Source: an uncultured Acidobacteriota bacterium
GTDB lineage: Bacteria; Acidobacteriota; Terriglobia; Acidiferrales; UBA7541
Length of the DNA stretch: 64,000 nt
Assembly: GCA_963737765.1 (NCBI GenBank)
Contig: CAVTTY010000013.1
Location: 12,219-76,218 of the forward strand
Reading direction: 5' to 3'
Part shown: positions 29,479-40,339 of the stretch, piece by piece
How the letters are laid out: every line of letters begins with the position of its first letter
Position numbering within the stretch: position 1 is the first letter of the stretch
Notes under the pieces: model-generated
The model's input: the letters and a program-made list of their open reading frames with translations, nothing else
Databases searched by the model: none
What the model was told of the DNA's origin: nothing
Position numbers and translations under genes: made by a program

Positions 29479-30157
29479 TGCAAGAAACTTGAATGGTTGC
29501 GGCGGCGGTAAAATCTTTGGCGTCGCCGGGATTGAGGCGTCCGCTAAAAATTGTTTTACCGTCGGTGACGATGTTTACGTCCGCCGCGCGCGTGGCTTGT
29601 AATTTCAAGGTGAGCGAAGCGACAGCCGGGTTGCCAGCCGCTGCCGACGGGAGCGGAGGCGCAGCGGAAACGATGGCGGGATCGGAATTGGGCAGTACGG
29701 CGTTCAGCGGTAACGGAGCAGAGGAAGCGTCAACTCTGGCATTGGAAACCGCGGTCGAACGTTTATGCATGTATTCGGTGACGCGCGGAACCAGATACTG
29801 GATGGCGGCCCATCCGGCAGCGATGACCACGATGGCAAAAACGACCAGCACAAGAATCTGGCGCCACTGGGTTTCGGGTTCATCGGGAGGATCGGCAACC
29901 ACACCCGGTTCCGGGCGGCCTTTGGTGTGGAGCGCGTATTCGGCGACCATGCTGTCTTCATCCAGGCCGAGATAGTGCGCGACCGAACGGATGAAGCCGC
30001 GGTTGAAGACGCCGCCGGGTAATTTTTCCCACTCTTCTTTTTCCAGCGCGGCCAAAAAGCGCGGAGCGATGCGGGTGGCCAAGGAAATTTCTTCCAGGGA
30101 GACTCCCCGCATTTCACGTTCACGTCTTAAATGCTCGCCGAAAGGTGTCGAAGACAT
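29351..30157 (-). CDS. rodZ: Cytoskeleton/shape protein RodZ-like (HTH + TM + DUF4115-like C-terminus)
   Basis: Intact 268-aa ORF. FGEHLRREREMRGVSLEEISLATRIAPRFLAALEKEEWEKLPGGVFNRGFIRSVAHYLGLD, a single TM helix, and a C-terminal beta domain (LTLKLQATRAADVNIVTDGK). Confidence 0.8.
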   Translation of the reverse strand: MSSTPFGEHLRREREMRGVSLEEISLATRIAPRFLAALEKEEWEKLPGGVFNRGFIRSVAHYLGLDEDSMVAEYALHTKGRPEPGVVADPPDEPETQWRQILVLVVFAIVVIAAGWAAIQYLVPRVTEYMHKRSTAVSNARVDASSAPLPLNAVLPNSDPAIVSAAPPLPSAAAGNPAVASLTLKLQATRAADVNIVTDGKTIFSGRLNPGDAKDFTAAATIQVSCSEASAVLLDLNGKMVVLPGQPGQPGAITLTQKDLPSPPGASH

Positions 30158-30205
30158 GCGCTGAAACGAACCGCCCCACGAAAAATATAGGCGTCGGAGA
30201 AGGGT

Positions 30206-31520
30206 GTGTCAATGTCGCCGCCAGGGATTAAAGAAATGGCCGGGTATTGGCGATTTGTTTCAATAGGACCGCGAAGGCCGTTGCAGTGCCGCAAGCCCGT
30301 TCCTATAATAGATAAGTTGAGTACTGAGAAACCAGACCGCAAGAGCTCCATACCGCCGGGCGCCATCAAGCGCCGAGAACCGGACGGACGTCCGTTTGAA
30401 GGGGTGGAACGGCGCCGGAACCCGATCAGTGCGGGTGGCAACGTTCCGTTTCCGATTGATGCGCCTCTGATTGCAGAATCCACGAGCGAAGTGTCAGTGT
30501 TTCACGAACTTGGCAAGGCCCTGACGTCGTCGTTGCAGCTGGATCAGGTGCTGCGGACGATCATGGACAAGATTAATGAGGTGCTGCGGCCGGATACCTG
30601 GTCGCTGCTGCTGATGGACGTGGACAAGAACGAGTTGTATTTCCAGATCGCGACCGGCAAAGGCGCGGAATCGCTAAAGGATGTGCGCATCAAAGGTCGG
30701 GCAGGGATTGGCCGGGTGGGTGGCGCAGACTGGCAAAGCGGTGGTGGTGCCGGACACCTCGAAGGATTCGCGGTTCTTCGGGCAAGTGGACGCCAAGACG
30801 AAAATGGAAACGCAGTCGATCGTGGCGGTGCCGGTGCGTTTTCGCGAGCAGTGCCTGGGCGTAATTGAGTTGATCAACAGCATCGGGCCCGAGGGATTCA
30901 GCGATCGCGACATGGCGCTGCTGGAAGCGCTGGCGGATTACGCGGCGATCGCGATTGAGAATGCGCGGCACGTGCAGCGCATTCACGAACTGACCATCAC
31001 CGACGACTGCACGAGTTTGTACAACGCGCGGCATTTGAATTTCATGCTGGATACGGAAATTTACCGGTCGCACCGGTATGCGTTTGAGTTTTCGCTGATT
31101 TTCATCGACCTGGATCATTTTAAACTGGTCAACGACACGCACGGGCATTTGATGGGGTCGAAGCTGCTGGCGGAGATTGGGCAGGCGATCAAGGACAAAT
31201 GCCGGCTGATCGATCTGGCGTTCCGTTATGGCGGAGACGAATTTGTGGTGCTGCTGCCGCAAACGTCGAAAGAGAATGCGATGGGCGTGGCGCGCCGGCT
31301 GCACAAATTAATTCGCGAAGCGGTATGGCTGCAGGATACCGGGATCAACGCGCACGTCACCGCCAGCGTGGGAGTGGCGGCCTATCCCAGCGATTCGCGG
31401 ACCAAGGCGGAGTTGCTGCATCTCGCCGACGAAGCCATGTACATGGTCAAGAACACGACGCGCGACAGCGTGGCGGCCTGCGGGGTGAGCGAAGTACCGG
31501 CCAAGAAAGTCGAAGCGTAA
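30206..31520 (+). CDS. GAF-domain diguanylate cyclase (GGDEF; one frameshift near 30700; start uncertain)
   Basis: The GAF region begins about 30491 (VSVFHELGKALTSSLQLDQVLRTIMDKI...GLAGWVAQTGKAVVVPD). The GGDEF domain has FIDLDHFKLVNDTHGH and RYGGDEFVVLL. The part of the ORF before about 30490 is R/P-rich and probably untranslated. Confidence 0.85.
30281..30309 (+). promoter_or_regulatory. Candidate sigma-70 promoter (TTGCAG-17 nt-TATAAT) for the GAF-GGDEF gene
   Basis: Perfect -10 hexamer TATAAT at 30304-30309 and a 17-nt spacer to TTGCAG, in the rodZ/GGDEF divergent region. Pattern match only. Confidence 0.35.
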
Positions 31521-31618
31521 GCCTTCCTGATGGCAATTCTGTTTTCGACGCAGGCGTACAGGTGTGTTCGGAGTACGCGGCGGCGGAATGAACCGCCGCG
31601 TTCCCTAAAAACGTTGAG

Positions 31619-31852
31619 TTAGGCGGAAGCTTTGCTGGCGGTTTCGGCGGGCGCTTCGTCGTCGGCGATTTTGCTGGCGACGATGGTCAGGCCGTTCTTG
31701 TTGGCGTCGAAGCGCTGTTTGCGGTCGAGCGACTTGAGAAATTCGCGGGTGGCTTTACCGATGGCGGCGGCCATCGAGCCGGTGTCAATCTGCAGGGTGC
31801 GTCCTTCCGGTCCGTTCTTGCGGTCTTGGTATTCCAATTTCACTGAGTACAT
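31619..31852 (-). CDS. Small hypothetical protein (77 aa)
   Basis: Intact ORF with a GGAGA SD 6 nt upstream of the ATG. No recognisable family. Confidence 0.5.
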   Translation of the reverse strand: MYSVKLEYQDRKNGPEGRTLQIDTGSMAAAIGKATREFLKSLDRKQRFDANKNGLTIVASKIADDEAPAETASKASA

Positions 31853-31949
31853 GCGTTTCTCCTGCCGTCTTAGGCGTTAATTTTGATTGTTTGGGAATGA
31901 ATCCGGCGTACTCCACCAGTTTAACCCAATAAATATGGTATTTGTCCAA

Positions 31950-32390
31950 TCAAAGTCGGCTGACCCACCAGGCCAGGGCGATAAACACGAGCTGGATCGG
32001 CAGGCGGAGCCACAGGGGAGTGGCGGGGCGGCCGGCGACTTGCAGGTGTTCGATGGCGGCTTTCGCGTTGGCGGGAAAAATGGCGACGAGCAGCAGGATG
32101 AGGCAGATGCCGGCGAGGCTGCGAAAACGCGGGATCAGCAGGCCGATGCCACCGGCGATTTCGCAGGCGCCGGTGAAATAGACCCAGAACATGGCGTTGC
32201 CGAAAATCTCGGGAACCATCGGGGCCATGCCGTATTTCGCTTTGGTGAAATGCGCGAGGCCGGTGAAGAGGAACATGGCGGCGAGGGCCCAGCGCGCGGC
32301 GGCGACCCAGGTTGCGAATGCGGGAACACCGAGCGCGCCGGCGGTTCGGAAGATCAGCAGGGAACCGACCAGCACGATGATGACAATCAC
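31950..32390 (-). CDS. DoxX-like family membrane protein
   Basis: Intact 146-aa four-helix ORF (GTG start). FTGLAHFTK, FTGACEIAGGIGLLIPRFR and LVAIFPANAK are typical of DoxX-like proteins. Confidence 0.7.
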   Translation of the reverse strand: MIVIIVLVGSLLIFRTAGALGVPAFATWVAAARWALAAMFLFTGLAHFTKAKYGMAPMVPEIFGNAMFWVYFTGACEIAGGIGLLIPRFRSLAGICLILLLVAIFPANAKAAIEHLQVAGRPATPLWLRLPIQLVFIALAWWVSRL

Positions 32391-32444
32391 GCGGCGAATT
32401 GTAGCGGCGTTGTGGCGGAATATCCAGTTCGGCTGAGGGCGGGA

Positions 32445-35400
32445 TTACTTTAATTTGGCGTATTCGGCTTTGGCTTGCAGCAGCAGCGGCACATCGGGGT
32501 CGGCGTCCTTCCATAGCGCGAAGAAATTTTGGTAGGCGACGCGGGCTTTGGCGGTGTCGCCCTGGAGGGCATAGGCGCGGGCCAGACCGATGTAGGCGGC
32601 GGCACCGTTCGGTCCATTAATCACCACGCCCCGGGCGTCCATAATTTTTTGAAACTCCGCCGCGGCTTCTTTTCCCTGGCCAGCTTGCAAATACGCCAGG
32701 CCGCGTACGTAGACCGGGTAGAGCGAGGCGGTGATCGCCCCGCTGCCAGTCACTCCCAAATCATACGTAGCGTCGGAACGCAAAAGCGCGAGAGCCTTGG
32801 GCGCGTCATGCTTGCCGAGCGCGATCTGCGCCCGAATCACGGGTAGATAGAGGAAATTGACGAGCGAGTCTTGAGGGAAACGCTTGTTGAAATCTTCGGC
32901 GAGCGATTCCGCCTTGGCGCCGTCACCCGCCAAGGCCAGCGCGATCGCCGCCAGGAATTGCACATCGCGCCCGTTGGATATCGCCAGCGCGGCGGCGGCC
33001 TGTTTTTTGGCTTCGGCGGAATTTCCGAAGAGGCTCTGATGCAGCGCGCCCTGGGCGATGTAAATTGCGGCCGTCTCCTTCTCGTCGGCTCGTTGCGCGA
33101 GAGTAGCCGCCTGGCGAGTGAGTTCATCGGCCTTGCGCAATTGCCCCTGATACGCGGCGGTATCGGAGCTCATAGCGAGTAGCGCGTCCTCGATCCCTTC
33201 CTTGCCGCGCGCCCAGGCGATTTGTTCGGCCATTTGCGGGGCGTCGCCCTTTAAGAACGCAAGTTGATACAGGATTAAGCGCAAGTAACCGGAGTCGAGT
33301 TTGTGGGCCTGGGCCTCGGCGGCCAGCGTGCGGGCTTCATCGAGGCGGTTCAGGGCCATGTACGATCCGATCAGGTTGGTGTAGTTCAGGCCGCTAGGGT
33401 TCAGCTTAAACGCGGCCTCGGCTTGCTCCAGAGCTTTCGGATAATCCCCCAAATAGGTGTAGATGACGCCCAAATTGGTGGGCGGCACTTCGTCGCGCGG
33501 GTAGGCATGCGCCCATTGCTCGAGAATTTCTCGCTCCTTTTGGATATCGCCGACGGTGTACTGCTGATAGTGCGACTCAATGTAAAAGCGTTCGCGGTCG
33601 CTGACGCGATCGCGCAAATCGTAACCTTTCTGGGCATATTGCGAAGCGAGGCTGGCTTCGCCGATATTCAGGTAGCAGGTACTGAGGCCGGCGTAGGCCA
33701 TGGCGAAGTTGGGATCGAGTTTGATGGCGCGCTGGAATTGCGCAATCGCGTTGGCGTAGTCGTTGGCGCCGATGAGTTGGCGGCCGAGGCTGAAGGCCTG
33801 CAGCGCTTCCAGGGAATTCGTGGAAGCTTCGGCAACGGGTGTGTCGAATTTTTTTACGGTGCTGAGGGATTCGCCGAGTTTCTCGCGAATTTCCGAAGCG
33901 GCTTTGCTGAGGGCGTCGAGCACGTGGCTTTTGTCGCTGGCGGTGGCTTCGGTGCTGGCCAGCGTATCGCCGGTGGCGCAATTCACGGCTTTCACGATCA
34001 GGGTGTACTCGTTGCCGATTTGGGCGATGGAACCGTTCAGCGTGGCCATGCCGGCGGCGCGTTGGCAGACTTCGCGGGCGATATCCGGCGTGAGGCGGGC
34101 GTTGGGCGATTGCTGCATGAGTTTCAAAGTTTGCTGGACGCGTTCGTCGCCCATCAGGGTGAGGAACGGCGACTGTTCCAGCTGGACGGCGAGGCCCTGG
34201 CGCAGGGTGCCGTCGAAGACGGAGTCGCCGGTGGTGTTGGTGAAATCACCGAGGACGATGACGTCTTTTTCGGTGAGTTTTGGCGCGCGATGCATGAAGA
34301 AGTACGCCCCGGCCGCGAGCGCGGCGACCAGCAGGACGGGAACGCCAATTTTCAGAGCCAAATTGTTCGACGCGCCAACGGTCGCGGCAGTGGTGGAAGC
34401 CGCGCTGGAATCCACGATCGCCGAGCCATCGCTGGCCGCAGAGACGCGTTTCCCTGACGACGGTTTGGCCGGAGCGCCCGAAGAACCGCGCTGGGTTGCA
34501 CTCGCCGAACCGCTGGGCAGTTGCGCGGCTTCGTCGTCCGCGGCGGGTAGCACCACGCTGCGGCCGCTGGAATCGCGCTTCAGGCGCTGCAGGTCGGTGC
34601 GGATGTCGGCAGCGTGCTGGTAACGCAGCTTGGGATCTTTTTCCAGCGCCTTGGAGATCACGTCATCGAATTTCGGCGGAAGGTCCGGATTAACGCGCGC
34701 CAGCGCCGGCGGCATGCGGTTCAAAATCGCGTCGGTGATGATGCCGGACGTTTCGCCGCGGAACGGCAGCACGCCAGTGGCGGCTTCGTACATCACGATG
34801 CCAAAGCTGAAAAGGTCGGTGCGCGCGTCGAGCTCTTTGCCGCGAATCTGTTCGGGCGACATGTAGGCCACGGTGCCTACCGTCGTGCCCGGGCTGGTCA
34901 GGTCCGCTTCGCTCACCGTGGGGCCGCCTTCGGTGGAGGCAGTTCTCGGCCTTGGCGACGGTGTTGTCCGACGCCGCGCTGATCTGCTTGGCCAGGCCGA
35001 AATCGAGAATCTTGGCGTGCCCGCGCGCGGTGACGAACAAATTCGCGGGCTTGATGTCGCGGTGCACGATGCCCTTGGAGTGCGCCGCATCCAGCGCGTC
35101 TGCGATCTCAATGCTCAAATCGAGCAGCAGATCGAGGTCGAGCGGCCGGCCGGTGATGCGGTGCTTCAGCGTGGCGCCGTCCAGAAACTCCATGGCGATG
35201 AACGGGCGGCCTTCGTGCTGGCCGACTTCGTAGATGGTGCAGATGTTGGGATGGTTCAGCGCGGAGGCGGCGCGCGCTTCGCGCCGGAAACGTTCCAGCG
35301 ATTGCGCGTCCTGGACCACATCGAGGGGCAGGAATTTCAGGGCGACGAAGCGGCCCAGCTCGGTGTCTTCCGCTTTGTAGACGACGCCCATTCCACCGCC

Positions 35401-35466
35401 GCCGAGTTTTTCGACGATGCGGTAATGGCTGAGAGTCTGGCCAAGCAAGGGCTGGGGGTCGGGCAT
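32445..35466 (-). CDS. Ser/Thr protein kinase with TM segment and C-terminal TPR array (one frameshift near 34945)
   Basis: Hanks kinase motifs [31 protein letters not shown] and [10 protein letters not shown], a central TM helix, then about 550 aa of TPR repeats. The N-terminal 174 codons are in the 34690..35490 frame. Confidence 0.85.
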
Positions 35467-35531
35467 CCGTGCGCATTCTAGTTTCCGCACCGGCGCAAGT
35501 CAACGCGGGCCGGAGTCGTCGTTTCGATTCG

Positions 35532-38106
35532 ATGCGGGTTCTCGAGCGATCACGTTGCGAGTCAGTTGAAGGCCGCAACCCGCTCACCTATACTCGGCGT
35601 CTAACACTTATAATTGGTTTTTCGCGGGCGGTCTGTGGGGACGAATCCCGCCGCGCGATTGCAGGAGCGGTTTTGCGGAATCAGGAAGCGGCGCGTTATG
35701 CACGGTGGGCGGCGTGGGCGGCGTTGGGCATCGCGCTGATCGCGGCGGGAGCCTATCTGCAGCGCGTGATTCAGCAGGCCCGGGCGCGGGCGCGGCAGCC
35801 AGCGTCGGTGGCCGCTACCGTGGAGCAGCAATCGAATGAGTTTTCGTTTTCCAAGGTGGAGAACGACCGGACACTTTTTACGGTGCGCGCTTCGCGGGCG
35901 ACACAGTTCAAGGACGAAAACCGGGCGCTGCTAGAAGATGTGTGGATTACGGTGTACGGCCGCGAGGGAAACCGCAACGACAACATTCATACGCGCGAGT
36001 GCAACTACGAGCCGAAATCCGGAAACGTGAATTGCCAGGGCGACGTGAAAATTGATCTTTCGGGCGCCGGGCCGGGGCCAACGGGTGGTGCGGGAAAACC
36101 TGCGGCTAACGGAACTAAAACCGCGGAAGTGAAACCTGCCGTAATCGAAACAAAAAGCGACCAACCGATTCAAATCACCACCAAAAATTTGTCGTTCAAT
36201 CGCGAAACAGGGCAGGCGTCGACGCCGGAAGCGGTGCAGTTTCGTTTTCCGGCAGGCGACGGGCACGCGGTGGGCGTGGTTTACGATTCACAGAACTCCA
36301 CGGTGCGGCTGGAGCACGACGTGGAAGTGAATATGGCGGCGACGGAGAAAACCAACGGTCTGCCGGTGACCGCGAATGGCAGCAGCATGGAGATCCGGCG
36401 CAACGACCGCGTGGTGGTCTTGAGCGGTGCGGCGAATGCGCCGGCGGTGGTGCGGCAAGGCGCGCGCGAGCTATCCGCGGGGAAGATTTCGATTGAGCTG
36501 GATGCGAGTTTTCACGCCCAGCACGTGGTGGCGGAAGATCATCCAGCGGTCCATGGGAAAAACGCGGGCGGGGAGTTTGCGGCGGCGGGCGAACGATTTG
36601 AAGGGTTTCTGAATCCGGGAGGCGCGATCGAGCGCATCGTGGCCGACGGCAAAGTAGCGGGGACGAATCGCACGAAGACCGGCACCGACACGTTTTCCAT
36701 GTCACACGTGGAATTCACCATGCACGGAAAAGAAAATCTGATCCAGACCATGGCGGCGACGGGCGACGTGGCGTTTGATTCTACCGAAGGCGCCGATGCG
36801 CGGAGTCTGCAGACGCAATCGCTGCTGGTGAAATTTGGCCAGGGGAAGCAGCCGGGCAAGACGCGAGTGGAAACGGCCGAGACGCTGGCGCCCGGCACCA
36901 TCATTTCGAAAGCTGCGGGAGATTCCACCGAGCTGCGCGCCAAGAAATTCGTGACGCAGTTCAATGCCGCAGGCCAGGTGGAAAAACTCTTGGGATATTC
37001 GGGGGTCGAGATTCGGCGGCAGAGCGCGACCGGCGCGCCGCAGACCAGCTCCGCGACTGAACTGGTGGCGACGTTCGCGCCGAGCGGCGATTGGGACACT
37101 GTCGACGAAAAAGGAAATGTGAAATTCCAGCAGGGCGATCGGCAGGGCAGTGCGGCGCGGGCGCGCATGGTCCGCGCCACGGACACGATCACCATGGACG
37201 GGTCGCCGGTCTTATCGGACGCGATCAGCCGGACGACCGCGTCGAGCGTGGTGATCGATCAGAAGTCCGGAGACGTTCGCGCGACCGGCGGTGTGGTTTC
37301 CACGTACAGCGCGGCGGCCCAGGCCGGCGCCCAATCGGGCGCGCCGACCTCGGCGCAGAACACTCCCATGACGCTCGGGACGGGCCCGGGTCATGTGTCG
37401 GCGCAAACGCTGACGGGCTCGACGACTTCGGGGCACGTGATTTACACCGGCCATGCGCGATTGTGGCAGGGCGATTCCGTGCTGCAGGCGAACCAGATCG
37501 AAGTGTGGCGCGACGAGAAGAAGCTGGTGGCGACCGGAAATGTGGTCGCCGTTTTTCCGCAGGCTGCGGGCGCCCAACTGAAAGCCCCGGCTTCGCCGGT
37601 GCCGAGCGCGAAAGCCGTCTCGACCACGGCTGACCCCAACGCGCCGCACGGGCCGACGCTGTGGGAGATCCACGCGCCGATGCTGACCTACTGGAGCGAC
37701 ACCGGAAAAGCGCACCTCGAAGGCGGGGTGACGGCGAATTCGCAGGAAGGCGCGATGGAATCGAGGACGCTGGACGTTTTTTTGACGCCAACTCCGGCCC
37801 CGGGTGGGGTGCAACCTACGACGACGGGCAAACCGTCGGCCGCCGGGGCTCGCCAGTTGGACCATGCGTTGGCCCTGGGGGGCGTCACGGTGCGGCAGGG
37901 CGACCGGCGGGGCACCGCCGAGCAGGCGGAATACACCGCGTCGGACGGAAAATTCGTGCTTTCCGGCGGCCAACCGACCATTACGTGATGCTTCAAGCGA
38001 CACAACCACGGGCCATTCGTTGACCTTCTTTGTAGCGAATGATACGATTTTGATCGATTCGCAAGAAGGTTCGCGCACGCTGACCAAGCACCGGGTTGAG
38101 AAATGA
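35532..38106 (+). CDS. Large LptC/LptA (OstA)-like multi-repeat periplasmic LPS-transport protein (one frameshift near 37985; start uncertain)
   Basis: TM anchor WAAWAALGIALIAAGAYL and an LptC-like segment (FSFSKVENDRTLFTVRASRATQFKDENRALLEDVWITVYG). Then repeated OstA-like units (e.g. GHVIYTGHARLWQGDSVLQANQIEVWRDEKKLVATGNVVAVF and LGGVTVRQGDRRGTAEQAEYTASDGKFVLSGG), with the tail TGHSLTFFVANDTILIDSQ in the 37804..38106 frame. Immediately upstream of lptB. Confidence 0.7.
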
Positions 38107-38112
38107 ACCGGC

Positions 38113-38839
38113 ATGTTGAAACTCCAGGCCGCCGATCTGAGCAAGTCGTATAGAGGGCCGGAAGGTCGTCGACAACATCAGCCTGGAGATTCAGCAGGGC
38201 GAAGTGGTTGGGCTGCTCGGGCCGAACGGCGCAGGAAAGACCACGACGTTTTACATTCTGGTCGGTCTCGCGCGTCCGGATTACGGGCGTGTTTTGCTGG
38301 ACGGCGAGGACATCACCGACCTCCCCATGTACCTCCGGGCCCGCAGCGGCATCAGCTACCTTCCCCAGGAACCTTCGGTATTTCGGAAACTGACGGTCGA
38401 AGAGAACCTGATGGCGGTGCTGGAGACGCTGCCGCTGACCTCCGAGCAGCGGCGCGACCGGGTGGAAGAGTTGCTGGCGCAGATGGGGCTGGAAGGGGTG
38501 CGCTACAGCCAGGCGTACGTGCTCTCCGGCGGAGAGCGGCGGCGGCTGGAAATTGCGCGCTCCTTGGTGCTGGCGCCTTCGTTTGTGCTGCTGGACGAGC
38601 CGTTCGCGGGAATCGACCCGCTGACCGTGGTCGATATCCAGAAAATTATTGCGGATTTGAGCGCAGCCGGCATCGGCGTACTGGTGACGGATCACAATGT
38701 GCGCGACACGCTGGCAGTGACGAATCGGGCCTACATCATTAACGACGGCAAGATTTTGTTCACGGGAACTCCGGACGAGCTTTCGAGCAATGCGGAAGTA
38801 CGGCGGATCTATCTGGGAGAGAGTTTCCGGCTGAATTGA
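38113..38839 (+). CDS. lptB: LPS export ABC transporter ATP-binding protein LptB (one frameshift near 38155)
   Basis: [13 protein letters not shown], then [15 protein letters not shown] (Walker A), [33 protein letters not shown] (signature) and [11 protein letters not shown] (Walker B). Confidence 0.9.
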
Positions 38840-38875
38840 CTTGGTTTTCGTTTTGAGATCTGAAACTAGGTGGCC

Positions 38876-40329
38876 ATGAACTGGCTCGCACCCAAACTTA
38901 GTCTCCGCGTCGCGCAGAAGCAGATTCTGACGCCGGGCCTCGTGCAGATGGTCAGCGTGCTGGCGCTGAATCGCCTGGAACTGCGCGAGATGATCAACCA
39001 GGAGATCATGGCCAATCCGGTCCTCGAAGAGGTCACCGAAGAGAGCGCGGCGGCCACCGACAGCTATCACGGACGAAGCCTTCCTCAAGAAGGAAACCGA
39101 GAAAGTTCCCGAGAAGCGGAAGCCGCCAATCCTTTCGACGAATTCGATTTCGGCTCTTTTTTCGACCAGTACCTCGACACCGGCGCGCGAACGCTCCGGC
39201 CAGCAGCGAACGCGAAGAAATCGAGACGCCTTCCTTCGACAAGTTTCTTTCTTCCGCGCAAAACCTGGCCGATCATCTTGACCTGGCAGCTGAGCGTCAG
39301 CATCTGCACCGAAAAGTGCGCAAGATCGCCGAAGCGATCATCGGCAACCTGGATGAGAACGGCTATCTGACGGCGACGCTCGAAGAACTCGCGGCGTCCG
39401 GCAATTACTCCATGGAAGATGTGGAAGAAGCGCTGACCATGGTGCAGGAATTCGATCCTCCCGGCGTCGGCGCGCGCGATCTGCACGAATGCCTGCTGAT
39501 GCAGCTGAAGCTGATCGATCCCGCAAAACACTCTGGCGCAGCAGATCATCTGCCGAACATTTGAAGCTGCTGCAGAACAATCAGCTCAAAGAAGTGGCGC
39601 GCGCGTTGAACCGCCCCGTCGAGCTGGTGAAGCGCGCGGTGGACGTGATCAAGCACCTCGATCCGCAAGCCGGGCCTGCGTTACAACCACACCGAGCCGC
39701 GGCTGGTCGAGCCCGACGTGCAATTCCGCAAAGTCGATGGCGAGTGGCAAGCGCTCATGAACGACGACGACCTGCCGCAACTGCGCCTGAATCCGATGTA
39801 CCGCCGGCTGCTGGCGCGCGATGCCGCCGACCGCGACGTGCGCAATTACGTGAAAGAGCGCTTCACCGCCGCCATCCAGCTGATGAAGAATATCGAGCAG
39901 CGCAAACACACCATCCAGCGCGTTTGCCATTCGATTTTGCGCCGCCAGGGCGATTTTCTCGATTACGGCGCCGATCATCTGAAGCCGATGATGATCAAGG
40001 AAGTGGCGGAAGAAGTGGGCGTGCATCCTTCCACCGTCAGCCGCGCGGTGGCCAATAAATACGTGCACACGCCGCAGGGCGTGCTCGAGCTGCGCTACTT
40101 CTTCAGCGAATCGGTGAACGGGCCGCAGGGCAGCGAAATGTCTCTGCTGTCGCTGAAGCGCCGCGTGAAGAAAATGATCGAAGACGAAGACACTTCGCAC
40201 CCGCTGACCGACGAGCAAATCACCAAGCGGCTCAGCGAAGAAGGAATTCAAGTCACGCGCCGCACCGTGGCCAAATACCGCGAAGACCTCCGCATCCCCA
40301 GCACGCACCGCCGACGGGTGAAGGCTTAA
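38876..40329 (+). CDS. rpoN: RNA polymerase sigma-54 factor RpoN (frameshifted several times)
   Basis: MNWLAPKLSLRVAQKQILTPGLVQMVSVL (region I), ADHLTWQL, IIGNLDENGYL, PPGVGARDLHECLLMQL, HPSTVSRAVANKYVHTPQGVLELRYFF and the RpoN box RRTVAKYRE are found in successive frames. Confidence 0.9.
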
Positions 40330-40339
40330 CCGCCTCGCC

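Noticed and set aside
30318-30490. Calling the GGDEF leader a c-di-GMP-I (GEMM-I) riboswitch
   Set aside because: There is only a loose resemblance (short hairpin followed by ACCGCAAGAGC, against ACGCAAAGC). I could not identify the second hairpin or tetraloop-receptor features by eye. It is kept as a to-check finding and not annotated as ncRNA.
31576-31600. 8-bp GC hairpin (CGCGGCGG/CCGCCGCG) after the GGDEF gene, considered as an intrinsic terminator
   Set aside because: There is no U-tract on either strand and the stem is short, so the support is insufficient.
33303-34457. 384-aa plus-strand ORF inside the kinase TPR region; similarly 24717..25739 (-) opposite nupC and 49247..50263 (-) opposite priA
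   Set aside because: These are shadow ORFs. The opposite strand carries clear TPR, NupC or PriA sequence.
37688-39088. 466-aa minus-strand ORF spanning the lptA-like tail, lptB and the rpoN start
   Set aside because: It is a shadow ORF opposite three well-supported plus-strand genes, and I see no conserved motifs.
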